64,000 bases of DNA from Squalus acanthias (taxonomy: Eukaryota): assembly GCA_030390025.1 (NCBI GenBank), contig CM059433.1, forward strand, positions 1,116,001 through 1,180,000. Direction: 5' to 3'. Under the pieces are notes generated by a model. That model did no database searches. It had not been told where the DNA came from and was given only the letters and a program-made list of their open reading frames with translations. Position numbers and translations under genes: made by a program. Shown piece by piece: positions 26,805 through 37,864 of the stretch. How positions within the stretch are numbered: the first letter of the stretch is position 1; each line of letters begins with the position of its first letter.

Positions 26805-28260
26805 AAGCCTGGATTTTCCATTAAGGACATCCCGAACGGAATAACGGAGGGATGAAATTTGGGCCTGTTTCAACTCCAGTGGGATGACCTTGCCACAGTT
26901 TCTGGGATCAGCCTAGTCCTAATGCAAGTGAACTCTGGTGATATCAACGCTTCTAATTAGGAGTGCACCATTAGGCGAGGGGGGCAGGAACTTGTGCACG
27001 GCTGCAGGATTCAGAGGCCTGCATCAGGAGTAAATCTGGAAGGAAACAATTGCACATTTTGTCTGGTAAGCAATGTCCTTCACTGGAGAACAGAGAGCCG
27101 CCAGGTTCTCTGATAAAGTGCAGTTGAAGTGCTTCCCTAAGAAGTTAGTCAATGATGTGATACCCTGTTCGGATCCAATCAGTGCAGACCCCAAAGAAGG
27201 AAGGGGGTGGCCAGGGCAGTGAGTGCCGATGCTATGACCCCCACACATAGTAAGTATGTTCCTCAAAAAGTTTAATGACATTACCAGCTCTGTTGAGGTA
27301 AAACAAGCCAACGACACCTCCTAAGAGTGCACAGTACTAAGTGCATTGGCCACTTATAGTAACCTCCCTTCATACTGTGTTAAAGTGCTTGAATTGCTTG
27401 CCATCAGGACCCTGGAGGCTTCCCGGGTTCCCTTTATAATCCCCGAGCCCCCCTCCCCCACCCCCAGCTTTCACCTGAAAGACTTCTTTCATTCACAGCC
27501 TTATATACACAGCCTTTACTCCACTAAAAGTCTCACATGGAATGAAATAGCTTGTGGCTTGCACCTGCCATTGCAGCATTATGATCTGCTTGTTGACACC
27601 TAGATTTTACTGGATCTCATGACAAACAAAGGTCATTCTCAGCTTGTATTCTTTTTTTAAAGCAGAAGACAGCTCATTACAGCAGAGAGAGATTGGTGAC
27701 AGGTGGTGGGCCTCCATGCCTCTGCCCTCTGACCAAGACCCCTCCTCTATGAAGAAGAAGCATTTTGGTTCCTGGGAAGGGAGGCCAGGTGTCAGCTACA
27801 GGTTCCTGAGGACATTCTGTGTCTATTCTCTGTCATCCTGTCGCACCCTGCACTACCTCCCGGCAAACTAGGCCACAAAACCTTCATGGCATTCTTTCAC
27901 GGAAAGTCATGTGTGAGCTCTGCTCCCTAGAAACCTATTCTAACTTCTTTTCTTGTTCTCCCCAGGTGTGCCGGACCAGCAAGAAGCAGAGGAGGAAGAA
28001 AATCTGCTCGCGCTCTCTGGTGCTGATTCTGCCAGCACTTCATTGCGATTGCCGTCAAACACCTTCTCCCTGACGAGCACTAACCCAGAGATATCCACCT
28101 GGGAGGGCCAGGGGGGAGGGAGTGCTCAGGGTGACATATAGAGCCTGAGTGGGCAGGAGGAGCTGGGGGTCGAAGGAGGCATCTCTCAGCCGAAGAGCCA
28201 CGGGACACAGATCTCACAGTTTTTGCTTTTAAAAGGATGCTTGCACAGCATAAAATGTAT
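26805..28260 (+). mobile_element. Highly degraded Harbinger Myb-gene remnant
   Basis: RAARFSDK...KKFNDIT-like peptide at about 27090-27285. Downstream segments resemble exons 2 and 3 of the Myb gene. Confidence 0.45.
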
Positions 28261-28289
28261 GTGCAAACACCTCTGCTGCCTTCTCCCCT

Positions 28290-29328
28290 TCCTCTTGCCA
28301 ACCAAACTAGACCTCCCAACAGGGTTCTCCCAGCTCTAGCCCTGAACCCACGTCTTTCTCTCCTATCTCTCCTCATGCCCTCTCCGAGCTCACCTTGGCC
28401 ATGAGAGCCACCTCCTCCTTCCTTGACCCCACTTCTACTAAAATACTGACTGCCCAGCTTCTCCTGCTAGCTGACAGGTATTGTTGCCTTCCCTTTCAAA
28501 ACCAATGTTATCACCCCCCTCCTCAAACCCACCCCTCCACCCTTCTGTCCTTGCAAACTACTGTCCCATCTCCAACTTCCTTTTCCTCTCCAAAGTTCTT
28601 GAACGTGTTATCATCTCCCAAATATGTTTCCACCTTTCCTGTAACTCCATGCTCGAGCCTCTCAGGTTTCCACCCCTGCCACAGCACTGAAACGGCCCAA
28701 ATCAAAGTCACAAATGACACCTTCTGTGCCTGTAACTGTGGTGGACTATTCCTCCTTGCTCTCCTCATCCTGTCTGTAGTCTTTGACACGGTCGCTCTCA
28801 CCATCCTCTTCCAACGTCTGTTATCCAGCTCAGTGGGACTGCTCTCAGTTGATTCACTTCGTATATCCGATCATATCCAGGGCTTCTCCAGCAACACTCT
28901 GGAATCCCACATGGGTCTATCCTTGGCCCCTCCTCATCTTCATCTGCAAGCTGTCCCTCGGGGACATAATCTAAAGACAAGGCATCAGCTTCCACATGTA
29001 TGCTGATGACAAAGAGCTCAAACTCTCCACCACCTGTCTCAGCCCCTCCACTGCCTCTACGTTGTTAGACTATTGGCTCAATATCCAGTCCTGGATCAGC
29101 CACTATTTCCTCCAGTTGAATATGGGGAAGACTGAAGCCTTTACGTTTGGCCACAAACGCCTTTGCCACTAATTCCATCCCCCTCCTCAGACACTGTCTC
29201 ACGTTGAACCAGACTGTTCACAACCTCTGCGTCCCATTTGACCCAGGCTGAGCTTCTGACCCCATATCCTTGAAGACTGTTTGCTCCATAACACTGCCCA
29301 CCTCCGCCTCAGCCAATCTGCTGCTGAA
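28290..29328 (+). mobile_element. Old L2 RT fragment
   Basis: NYCPISNFLFLSKVLERVI, GFHPCHSTETA and YADD motifs with many indels. Confidence 0.85.
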
Positions 29329-31632
29329 ATAGAGAAAGAGTAGGATGCGGAGAGCTGTTTGTTTCCCTACCTCCTAATCAGAGGAAACTGGAAATAAATT
29401 AAATATTGGGCAACATTTTTTTTTAAATAACCTCATTGGGGTGTAAATGCATCTTGGGTGGTGGGTGAAAGCGAATGTGCAGCTTGTCTTACACTCCGCC
29501 CAATCTTCTTTTCCGTTGACTTCAATGGTAAACAAAATTGCGCAAAGTATAAAACGGGCTGCCTATTTGCTATTGCCCAAGATGACTTTCTCCAAACAGA
29601 TGGAGCAGTTAAACAGCATTGAATGTTTATTCAGCAAGGATGTGAACCATAAGTGTCAAATCAAACTGTGCATGACCTGTAGCGAGTGTTGGACGCTCAA
29701 TAGAAGACCCAGTATCAAATCTCACTCAGCTGATATTCACGCAGACACAGGTGATGAGTTTTCTTGTTTGAACGACTTGCCTAGAGGTGTGAGAGAAAAA
29801 CTATCCAGGAAGAGCTCTCTCCCATGCTGTTCAAGATTATCCACTGACAACCTGAACAAGAAGTGACATTGATGGCAAGGTGGGACGCCCGGCAAATCAG
29901 ATTGCCCCGTACGCCTGATTAACAAGACAACATGGATACAGGGAACGAACCATTTAGGGAAAGAAAATCAGAATTGTTCTCCAAACAGGGAGGAATCTCA
30001 TTCTTTCAGATAGGATGACTGATGATAATAACCGATAAGTTGTTACCACATACTCTGAGGAATACAACATAGAGGAACACGACAAATTGATTTTAACCCT
30101 ACTCGCTCAGCAGGAATCTGGCGGGTGGGCAGTTAAAATCACCCTGGCTCTTACCTGTCCGAAAGCTGCCATGATCGCAACAACTGCAATTTTAACCTGC
30201 TCTTCTGTTCAGGCCCGATGACATCACTGAGTCCCGACTGTAATTTTAACTCAGGCCTGAGCGGGGAATCCACCTGGAGTTAAAATCGGGGTAAATCTCC
30301 ATGGTCTTACTTTGCTCCAACAACCTTCAGACTTTTAAAACCCAAGTTTGGTGTCACCTTATCATGAATTCTTGACTTACTCTTTTCAACCCTGGTGGTT
30401 TCCTGCCTGCACTCTGGGCCTTCATTTAGGCTTCTCAATTAAACGATGTCTACTGTATGTTACAGACTGATAACCAACACTTGTAGAAATAACTTCTACA
30501 GGAAAGTAAGTGTAAGCTTTTCTGTAAAAAGACTTGAAAAATTAAATTTACTTTTCAAGATAATGTTTTAAAACCATGGCACTTTTCCTGTGGAATCTGG
30601 ACTAATATTTATCAGATAAATTCATTCAATTTAATCTAAAAGACTGTCAAGATAATTAATAGCATAAATCATGCAATTTCTTCAGGGGCTTTGTTAAATT
30701 TGACAATCTTTCTTCTGAAGACCCCTAATAAAGTTACCTCTGTTGAACCAACAGAATTACCTCAGGGGATTCTGAAATGCCCTTTATAGATTTAAGTCTT
30801 CAACGATTCAAAAAATCCTGTCTGTATTGAAGTGCTAGTAGGCTAAGTGGACCCGTTCAGGGATATATCATATCACCTCCAAGCCTGAGGAAGTAAAATA
30901 AGATCAGTGAAACCATTAATGGATGAACCCATACAATGACAAACAGTGTTGGAATGGTGAGTTCATATGTGTCAGATCTTAGGGTAGATAGGCAGCTGCA
31001 CTGATTTGTACCATCTCAGTGTGGATGATGTCAGAAGAAAGGCCAGGGTTTGAACCTGTGGACGTTCCATGGACTGTTTGGCTCAATTAATCACTACCCT
31101 AACCAGCTCAACCATTAGGCCAGCCCCACAGCTCTTTCATAATAAAAAACCCTATTTGCTTTATAGTGTTTCCTCTGATGACCAAAGCAATTTTGCAGGC
31201 AATCTTATAAAGTGAATGACCGGGTGCCTGTGCCAATGGAGGTACTAGCACCGTCACTGGGAGCCTGTAATGGGCGGATGAACTGGTGCCAAAGGTAAAT
31301 AGCTGCTGTTGTCAGCACTGTGAATGCACAAATCAGGTTCTGTTGGCCTTCATGAACCGTTCTCTGATATCAAGGAATATTCCAGCCAAACAAATTCACA
31401 AATTCAATTCTGCATTAACTTTGCATGTGACAGGTGTTTGAGTGACTACATGGACAATCTTATACACGTGCATTTGCTGCAGTGTTGTTGAATCTTTCCA
31501 CCAATATAAATGGGACAATTTAGCAGCACTGGGTTTTTATTAAATTCATTCTCGACATGGAGGCATCAATGGCAAGACTGGCATTTATTGCCTAACCCTA
31601 GTTGTCTTGAGAAGGTGGTGACCCTTCTTCTG

Positions 31633-32465
31633 TTCATCCAGTATTGGATGTCGGACAAGCAGTCTGACAATTTAGAGACTGTGAAGGGGTCGAGAGAAGT
31701 GGTGGTGAGGTAGAGCTGGGTGTCATCAGCGTACATGTGGAAACTGACACTGTGTTTTCGGATGATGTCGCCGAGGGGCAGCATGTAGATGAGAAATAGG
31801 AGGGGGCCAAGGATAGAACCATTGACTTCGGTCCCCATCACAAACTCCATTCCCTGGCCACCGACTCCATCCCTCTCCCTAGCATCTGTCTGAGGCTGAA
31901 CCAGACTGTTCGCAACCTTGGTGTTGTATTTGACCCTGAAATGAGCTTCCGACCACACATCCGCGGCATAACAAAGACCGCCTACTTCCACCTCCGTAAC
32001 ATCGCCCGTCTCCGCCCCTACCTCGGTTCATCTGCTGCTGAAACCCTCATCCATGCCTCTGTTACCTCTAGACTTGACTATTCCAATGCACTCCTGGCTG
32101 GCCTCCCACATTTCCACCCTACGTAAACTTGAGGCCATCCAAAACTCGGCTGCCCGTGTCCTAACTCGCACCAAGTCCCGTTTGCCCATCACCCCTGTGC
32201 TCATTGACCAACATTGTCTCCCAGTTAAGCAGCACCTCGATTTCAAAATTCTCATCCTTGTTTTCAAATCTCTCCATGGCCTCGCCACTCCCTATCTCTG
32301 TAACCTCCTTTAGCCCCACAACCCCCGAGATATCTGCACTCCTCTAATTCTGTCCTCTTGAGCATCCCTGATAAAAATCGCTCAACTATTGGTGGCCGCG
32401 CCTTCAGCAGCCTAGGCCCTAAGCTCTGAAATTCCCTCCCTAAACCTCTCCGCCTCTCTACCTCT
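31633..32465 (+). mobile_element. L2 copy with a 5' inversion (31633-31818 on minus strand)
   Basis: Minus segment encodes [16 protein letters not shown]...YADDTQLY...QYWM. The plus segment resumes about 40 nt further along the L2 sequence. Confidence 0.88.
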
Positions 32466-32819
32466 AGCTAGATTATTTTTGTGGGTCCCTGAGGAGCATT
32501 TGTGCTCCTTCGCGGCCCACAAAAATAAATTGCAGGGCCTCTTGGGCTCTATCGACCGTGGAACTGTCAGAGCGTGCATGGCACAGTTCCAACCTAGAAT
32601 GCCAATCAAGCTCCTATGTATGGAATAGAACCCTGGTTTGCATATTAAAAGGGGCCTACAGCCTGAAACAGACAGGCGCCTCCGATGCCCAGTGGTAGGC
32701 CCCTTTCAAAACGGTGCGGGCTGCATTGTTGGGGTGAACGAGGCAATAAGGCTACCAACCCCATTTTGTGGCCATTACCTTCCCATTAAAGCTGACTTCA
32801 GGGAGCTAATATCATCCCA

Positions 32820-32971
32820 ATCCAGGACTGTGTGCCATTCTGGTAAATGTACGACAGCAATAATATCCAGACGTTGCAGGCAACGCAGAAAAGGGCAACC
32901 AATCTTAAACCCAGCTTAAGGCATCTGCACTATGAGGAGGGACTTAAGAACTCTGGCTCAGGGGAGATATG
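32820..32971 (+). mobile_element. Ancient CR1 3' fragment (continues at 37750-37864, 40062-40076 and about 40759-40850)
   Basis: DCVPFW*..NIQTLQATQKRATNLKPSLRHLHYEEGLK..LRGDM, resuming IQVLQFLKRIN after the insertion and CFTQR after the next. Confidence 0.6.
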
Positions 32972-33674
32972 GGGGCTGAATTTCTGGTCAGAGGCTTCCG
33001 GCGGACAGATGCCTCCGACCAGCAAAAAATCTCCGAACTTACCTGATGGTCCCGGAGTTTCAGACACTCGTGCTCCTGGGCCTCCGCGTGTAGGCCCGCG
33101 TAGAGGCCCACGTATCCCAGGGGGCACAGGCAGTTCGCAAGCGGCCCTGGGATCACATGGGCCGGCCCAACCAATCAAAGAAAGGGGATCCCCATTATGC
33201 TTATGGAGGTTCCGTTTGTATGGAACGTAAGCATGAATGGGGATGACATTAAAAATAGATTTAACGTAACAAATACATTTTTTTAAATTACATATTTAAA
33301 ATTAGTTAAAATACAATGGGGGTGAAATTCGGTATCGCCCCGTTTGGGGCGCAATTATCGGCCAGGCGCAAGGTTTAGCGCCTGGCGCTAATTATCACCT
33401 CCGACTGCAAACTTGGCTTTTATCACCCCTGGAGGTGATTAGAGCGCTAAATCAGGCGCTGCACACCTTAAGGCGCAAAGGCCAAGGAGCGAGGCGCTAA
33501 CTCAGAGTGCTGGCGAAGCTCATGTGATGTCAGTTAGCGATGGAACACAGACAAACTGGCGCCGGCCAGTTCTTAAAGGGGAGGGTCGATCTTGCTTTCC
33601 AGCCACACCCTGCTCATTGGAGCCTTGAATCTCAGCCTGGAGAGACCTGTGACTACATTTTCCAGCCAAGGACT

Positions 33675-35494
33675 ATGGAGAGGGTGAGAGAATGAGCTCA
33701 GCACTTCAGCGAGTGGGCCTTGGAGGTTCTGTTGGCGCGGTGGAGCGCAGAAGATTTATACTCTACCCTGAGAGTGGCAGGAGGCCTTTGCCACACGACT
33801 ACAGAAGAGTGTGGAGGGAGGTGGCTCAGCACGTCTCCTCCAGGAGCATGATGCCCAGGACCCATACTCAATGTCGCAAAAAGTTCAACGACCTCACTCG
33901 GGTCATCAGGGTAAGTGGCTTTTTTTCAATAGCTCTCCATCCCTCCATCTCAACCTCACTCTATGGCCAGAGGGTCTTAAAACCCCAATGCCCAACAATC
34001 ATCCAACACCTATGGCCTTCTCATGAAATGCACATGCACATTCCACACCTTGCATACATTAAGGTCTATTCAATTATGGGAGGCACATCAGGCAAGACCA
34101 TGGCTATATATTTACTCAGACGCCATCCTTTTTCTTGCAGGCCAAGCTATCTCATAACAGGAGACAGCAGCAACGGACGGGTGGAGGGCGGCCTCAGCTG
34201 CAACCCCTCAATGATCTTGAGGCACGCGTCCACAGGATTGTGGCAAGCCAGGTGATTGGTCCCGTCGCCCCTGGAGAGGTCGACCCTGTTCGGGACAGCA
34301 ATGGTAAGGTCATCAGCTTTCTCTCCTCTCTCATTCCACTTGTCCCTCACAACACCAGCCTTTGACACTTTCAATCAAACTAACTAAATCGCTGCACTCA
34401 TTCCTCCCTTACTGCCACCCTGTCCTCACGCTAAAGCCACTCTTGTACCTCCCTGCTTTCAGATGGAGATTCACCAGCTGAGGAGACGGGCCCTCAAGCT
34501 GCCAGTGGGAGTGAAGCTGCAGGCGAGGAGGAAGAGGAAGCTGGAGCATCAACGCCACCCTCTCCCGAGGAAGCCCATGCCCACACTGGGACCACGTCTT
34601 CCCTGGAGGGAAGCAGGAGAGAAGGGTCTGATGAGAGTGAAGCTCCGGGACCCAGCGGGCTGCAGCAACGCGATGGGGGTAGGGAAGCTCAGGGGCCTTC
34701 TCCCCGGAGGGAGAGTAGGCCAGCGAGTCCTGCTGCACTGGACGCAGAAGAGGAGCGGCTGATCGCAGAAATGAACACCCAGGCGGTGGACATGCACACT
34801 CAGCTCATGGGTGCAGTGGGAAGGGTGCCCGAATGCATTGATGCACTGGCAAGGAGTGTGGAGCACTTCGCTGTAACACAGGCGGACGCCACGCAAATGC
34901 TTAGTGCTGCAATTCAGTCACTGGCTGCCGTGTCAGACTGGTCTCGTGCAGACTCAGATTGAGGCCACGCAAGCACTGACTGCTGCCATTGTCGCTGGTT
35001 CGGACACATTTCCCCGGGGCTCTCACCACGCCGCAGCAGGCCAGCAATCTGTGCTCCAGCAGATTGCTCCGGATGCTGAGGTGCTGCCCCGTGGGAGTGC
35101 CAGTGTGTCAGTCGAGCAGGGAGTTGCTGTCCTCTCTCAAGATGACAGCATTCCTGCTGCCACCACTGTCACTTCCCCATTGCACTTGCCACCGCCTGTA
35201 GGACAGACTGCTGCAGCCCATGCAGAGTTGGTGCAGTCTGCAGCCGGGCCCTCCAGGCCCAGAGCTGGTCGAGGCCGTCCTTCAAGGGCATCTGCAGTCT
35301 CAGGTTCTGACAATCAGCAGCCTTCCACCAGCCTTGCTGCAGCCACTGTTGCCCCATTATGGAGGAGCAGTAGGGTGGGAAGGGGGGAAGTGCACAAGGG
35401 AAGGAGATCACCCTCGAAGGCAAAAAGGAGGTGTGACGAAATGTTGGGAATTTTTTTATTAAAGGTCGAGGTTCGTGTTCAAACTTTTGTTTAG
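33675..35494 (+). pseudogene. Harbinger Myb/SANT-like DNA-binding protein gene, 3 exons, disabled
   Basis: WREVAQHVSSRS..PRTHTQCRKKFNDL and RRQQQRTGGG motifs. GT-AG introns at 33911-34140 and 34304-34462 preserve the frame. Premature TGA at 33693, with frameshifts near 33730 and about 34940-34960. Confidence 0.85.
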
Positions 35495-35738
35495 TGTTTT
35501 GGACAATATCTCCAGGTTGTGAGAACCAGTTATGTTAATGAATGATTTTTTGTGTTTGTTTCTATTAGTTTGTCATGAAGAAATGACACACACACAGTTC
35601 GTAAAATAAAAAAGTTTTTGTATTCAAAATATACATGTTTGGCCTTTGGAATCATTGCTGCCTTGGCTGGCTTTGGGGTTGCGGGTTGCTTTCATTCATG
35701 TTGTTTTCAATGGCAGAAGCCATTTCCTCAGCAGGGGC

Positions 35739-36806
35739 CTAGAAGCGGCTTGTTATCAGTCGTTGACGGACGGCCCTTCCAGTTTCAACATTGTGGGCCT
35801 CCCTCCCGCCTTGGTGCTGCTGATGATCATCCTCCTCCTCTTCCTCCTCCTCCTCTGGTGGTGCTCCAAGGCCTGATGGCATTGGCTGGGTCCTGAGGAT
35901 TGCCAGGTTATGCAGCATGCAGCACACAACTATGAAGAGGGAGACTCGCTCAGGCGAGTACTGCAGGGCTCCTCCTGAGTGGTCCAGACAGCGGAACCGT
36001 TGCTTGAGCACGCCAATCATTTGCTCATTGATGTTCCTGGTGGTGAGATGGCTCTCATTGTACCGCAGCTCAGCAGGGATGTTGGGGTTACGGAGCGGTG
36101 TCATCAGCCAGGTGCAGAGTGGATAACCCTTATCTCCGAGGAGCCAACCACTTGACTGATGCGGTGACTGGAAAAGTTCTGCCACAGCAGTCTGGCGCAG
36201 GATGAAAGCATCTTGGCTGCTGCCAGGATAGCGGGCATTGACAGCGAGTATCAGCTGTCTGTGGTCACAGACCAACTGGATGTTTAAGGAATGGAACCTC
36301 TTGCGGTTTTGGAAAACCTCTGCATTCTCATGCAGTGCCCACAATGCCACATGCGTGCAGTCAATGACGCCCTGCACCATGGGGAAGCCCGCTATCCTCG
36401 CAAAGCCCAATGTGCATTCATGCTGTTTGTCCCGGGTCATCGGGAAAGAGATGTACTGGCGTCTCCTTTTATAGAGGGCATTTGTGACCTGACGGATACA
36501 GCAATGGACCGCGAACTGGGAGATATTGATAATGTCCCCAGTAGCTGCTTGAAAGGAGCCGGTGGCATAAAAGTTCAGAGCCACTGTGACCTTCACTGCC
36601 ACCGACAGAGACGTCCTGGACCTCAGTTGAGGCTGCAGATCTGGCTGCAGCAGGTGGCAGAGCTCAGTGACCACCTCCTTGCTGAAGCGCAGCCTTCGCA
36701 AACACTGCTCCTCAGACAAATTAATGTAGGAGAATTGTTCCCGGAATACCCTGGGAGGATAAGGTCTCCTGTGCAGAGGCCTGTTGGCCCTCCTCCGTCT
36801 GGACAT
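35739..36806 (-). CDS. Harbinger DDE transposase (HARBI1-like family), 355 aa from the first in-frame ATG
   Basis: Uninterrupted ORF with GVIDCTHV, LLGDKGYP and NEQMIGVLKQRFRCLD (D-D-E), plus CCMLHNLA and an acidic tail. Confidence 0.9.
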   Translation of the reverse strand: MSRRRRANRPLHRRPYPPRVFREQFSYINLSEEQCLRRLRFSKEVVTELCHLLQPDLQPQLRSRTSLSVAVKVTVALNFYATGSFQAATGDIINISQFAVHCCIRQVTNALYKRRRQYISFPMTRDKQHECTLGFARIAGFPMVQGVIDCTHVALWALHENAEVFQNRKRFHSLNIQLVCDHRQLILAVNARYPGSSQDAFILRQTAVAELFQSPHQSSGWLLGDKGYPLCTWLMTPLRNPNIPAELRYNESHLTTRNINEQMIGVLKQRFRCLDHSGGALQYSPERVSLFIVVCCMLHNLAILRTQPMPSGLGAPPEEEEEEEEDDHQQHQGGREAHNVETGRAVRQRLITSRF

Positions 36807-37218
36807 GATTGCCACTCTCTCTCTGCATCTCTGTTGCCTCCGATTCTGCAGGCGCAGGACGACGCCCCCAATCAGTGCAACCCCTCAGAGTCATTTGGCA
36901 ATCAAAGTAATGAAGGTCAAATCCAAAAGTACCTGCAAAGTGATGCTCAGTAGCCAAAACTACTTCACACAGCGTTGACTCTATGCAGAAGTCTCTCCTT
37001 CTCTCTCTCAGAATCTCTCGCTCTGTCAGAATGAGTGGTGCAAAAATGTCTACCACAGAAAAAGCCAGGAAGAGGCCGTCTTTAAATAGCGCTCCCCCCA
37101 GCCACTCACCGACTGGGAAATGTTCCAGTCTACCTGTCATTGCTTGCGCCAGGTGGAAAGGAGGGGGGCGCCACTCAATATCCGGTCCGGGGTGCCACCA
37201 GGGCGTTGCACGCTCGAC

Positions 37219-37226
37219 TGACGTCA
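37219..37226. promoter_or_regulatory. CRE palindrome upstream of the transposase
   Basis: TGACGTCA, conserved in the derivative at 18752-18759. TATTTAAA on the minus strand at 37081-37088. Confidence 0.4.
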
Positions 37227-37864
37227 CGATCTGCGGGCGCAGGAGATCGGGGCGGTAAACCTTTGCGCCGCCGCAAAAACTCTGGTCAATTTCACGAGCG
37301 GCACAAACATCGCCGCACCCGGGCGCTAGTTGCTTTGCGCCCCATTAGCGTCCTCTTAGGGCGCTAACGGGAGGCACAAGCCAACCGAATTTTTCCCCCA
37401 ATATAAATAAGCATTTAAAACAAACATTTATATTTTGAAAAATAAGTTTACATACTTTAAATGGTCTAAAAATAAACTTACATTATTGTACATGTGTTTT
37501 AATGTTTAAATGAACGAAAAAAAATTATTTTTATGTTTTTAAAACTCTTCACGGGCATTTGCTGGGCAGAAGTTGGGCAAACAGCGCGACTCTCTGCCCA
37601 CGGAGACCCTTCTCCCGGGAATGTGTGCGATCTGTCAAGAAGTTCCGGGTTTTAGCGCATGCGCTTCGCATGTAAACCCGGAACTTGTGCGGCCCCTACG
37701 GGTGGGTATGCACCTCGTGCGCACCCATAGGGGCCGCAAATTATGGCCCATTATTCAAGTATTGCAGTTCCTGAAGAGAATAAATCAATTTAACTCTGAT
37801 AATATGTGACATTGCCACAAACTCAAGCTTAGAAGAGAGAGTGTATTGTGAGTTTAGATTCAAT

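Larger units (their letters stand above)
33318..37399. mobile_element. Full-length PIF/Harbinger DNA transposon (4082 bp)
   Basis: TIR GGGGGTGAAATTCGGT / ACCGAATTTTTCCCCC (14/16 match), TSD AAT, and convergent Myb/SANT and transposase genes. Confidence 0.95.
32972..37749. mobile_element. MITE with AT-rich core, split by the large Harbinger
   Basis: Ends GGGGCTGAATTT / AAATTATGGCCC. The AT-rich core is continuous across 33317/37400. Confidence 0.65.

Noticed and set aside
35739..36815. Host gene HARBI1
   Set aside because: The ORF lies within TIRs and a TSD beside a Myb partner, and degraded relatives occur nearby. It is a transposon copy, so no symbol was assigned.
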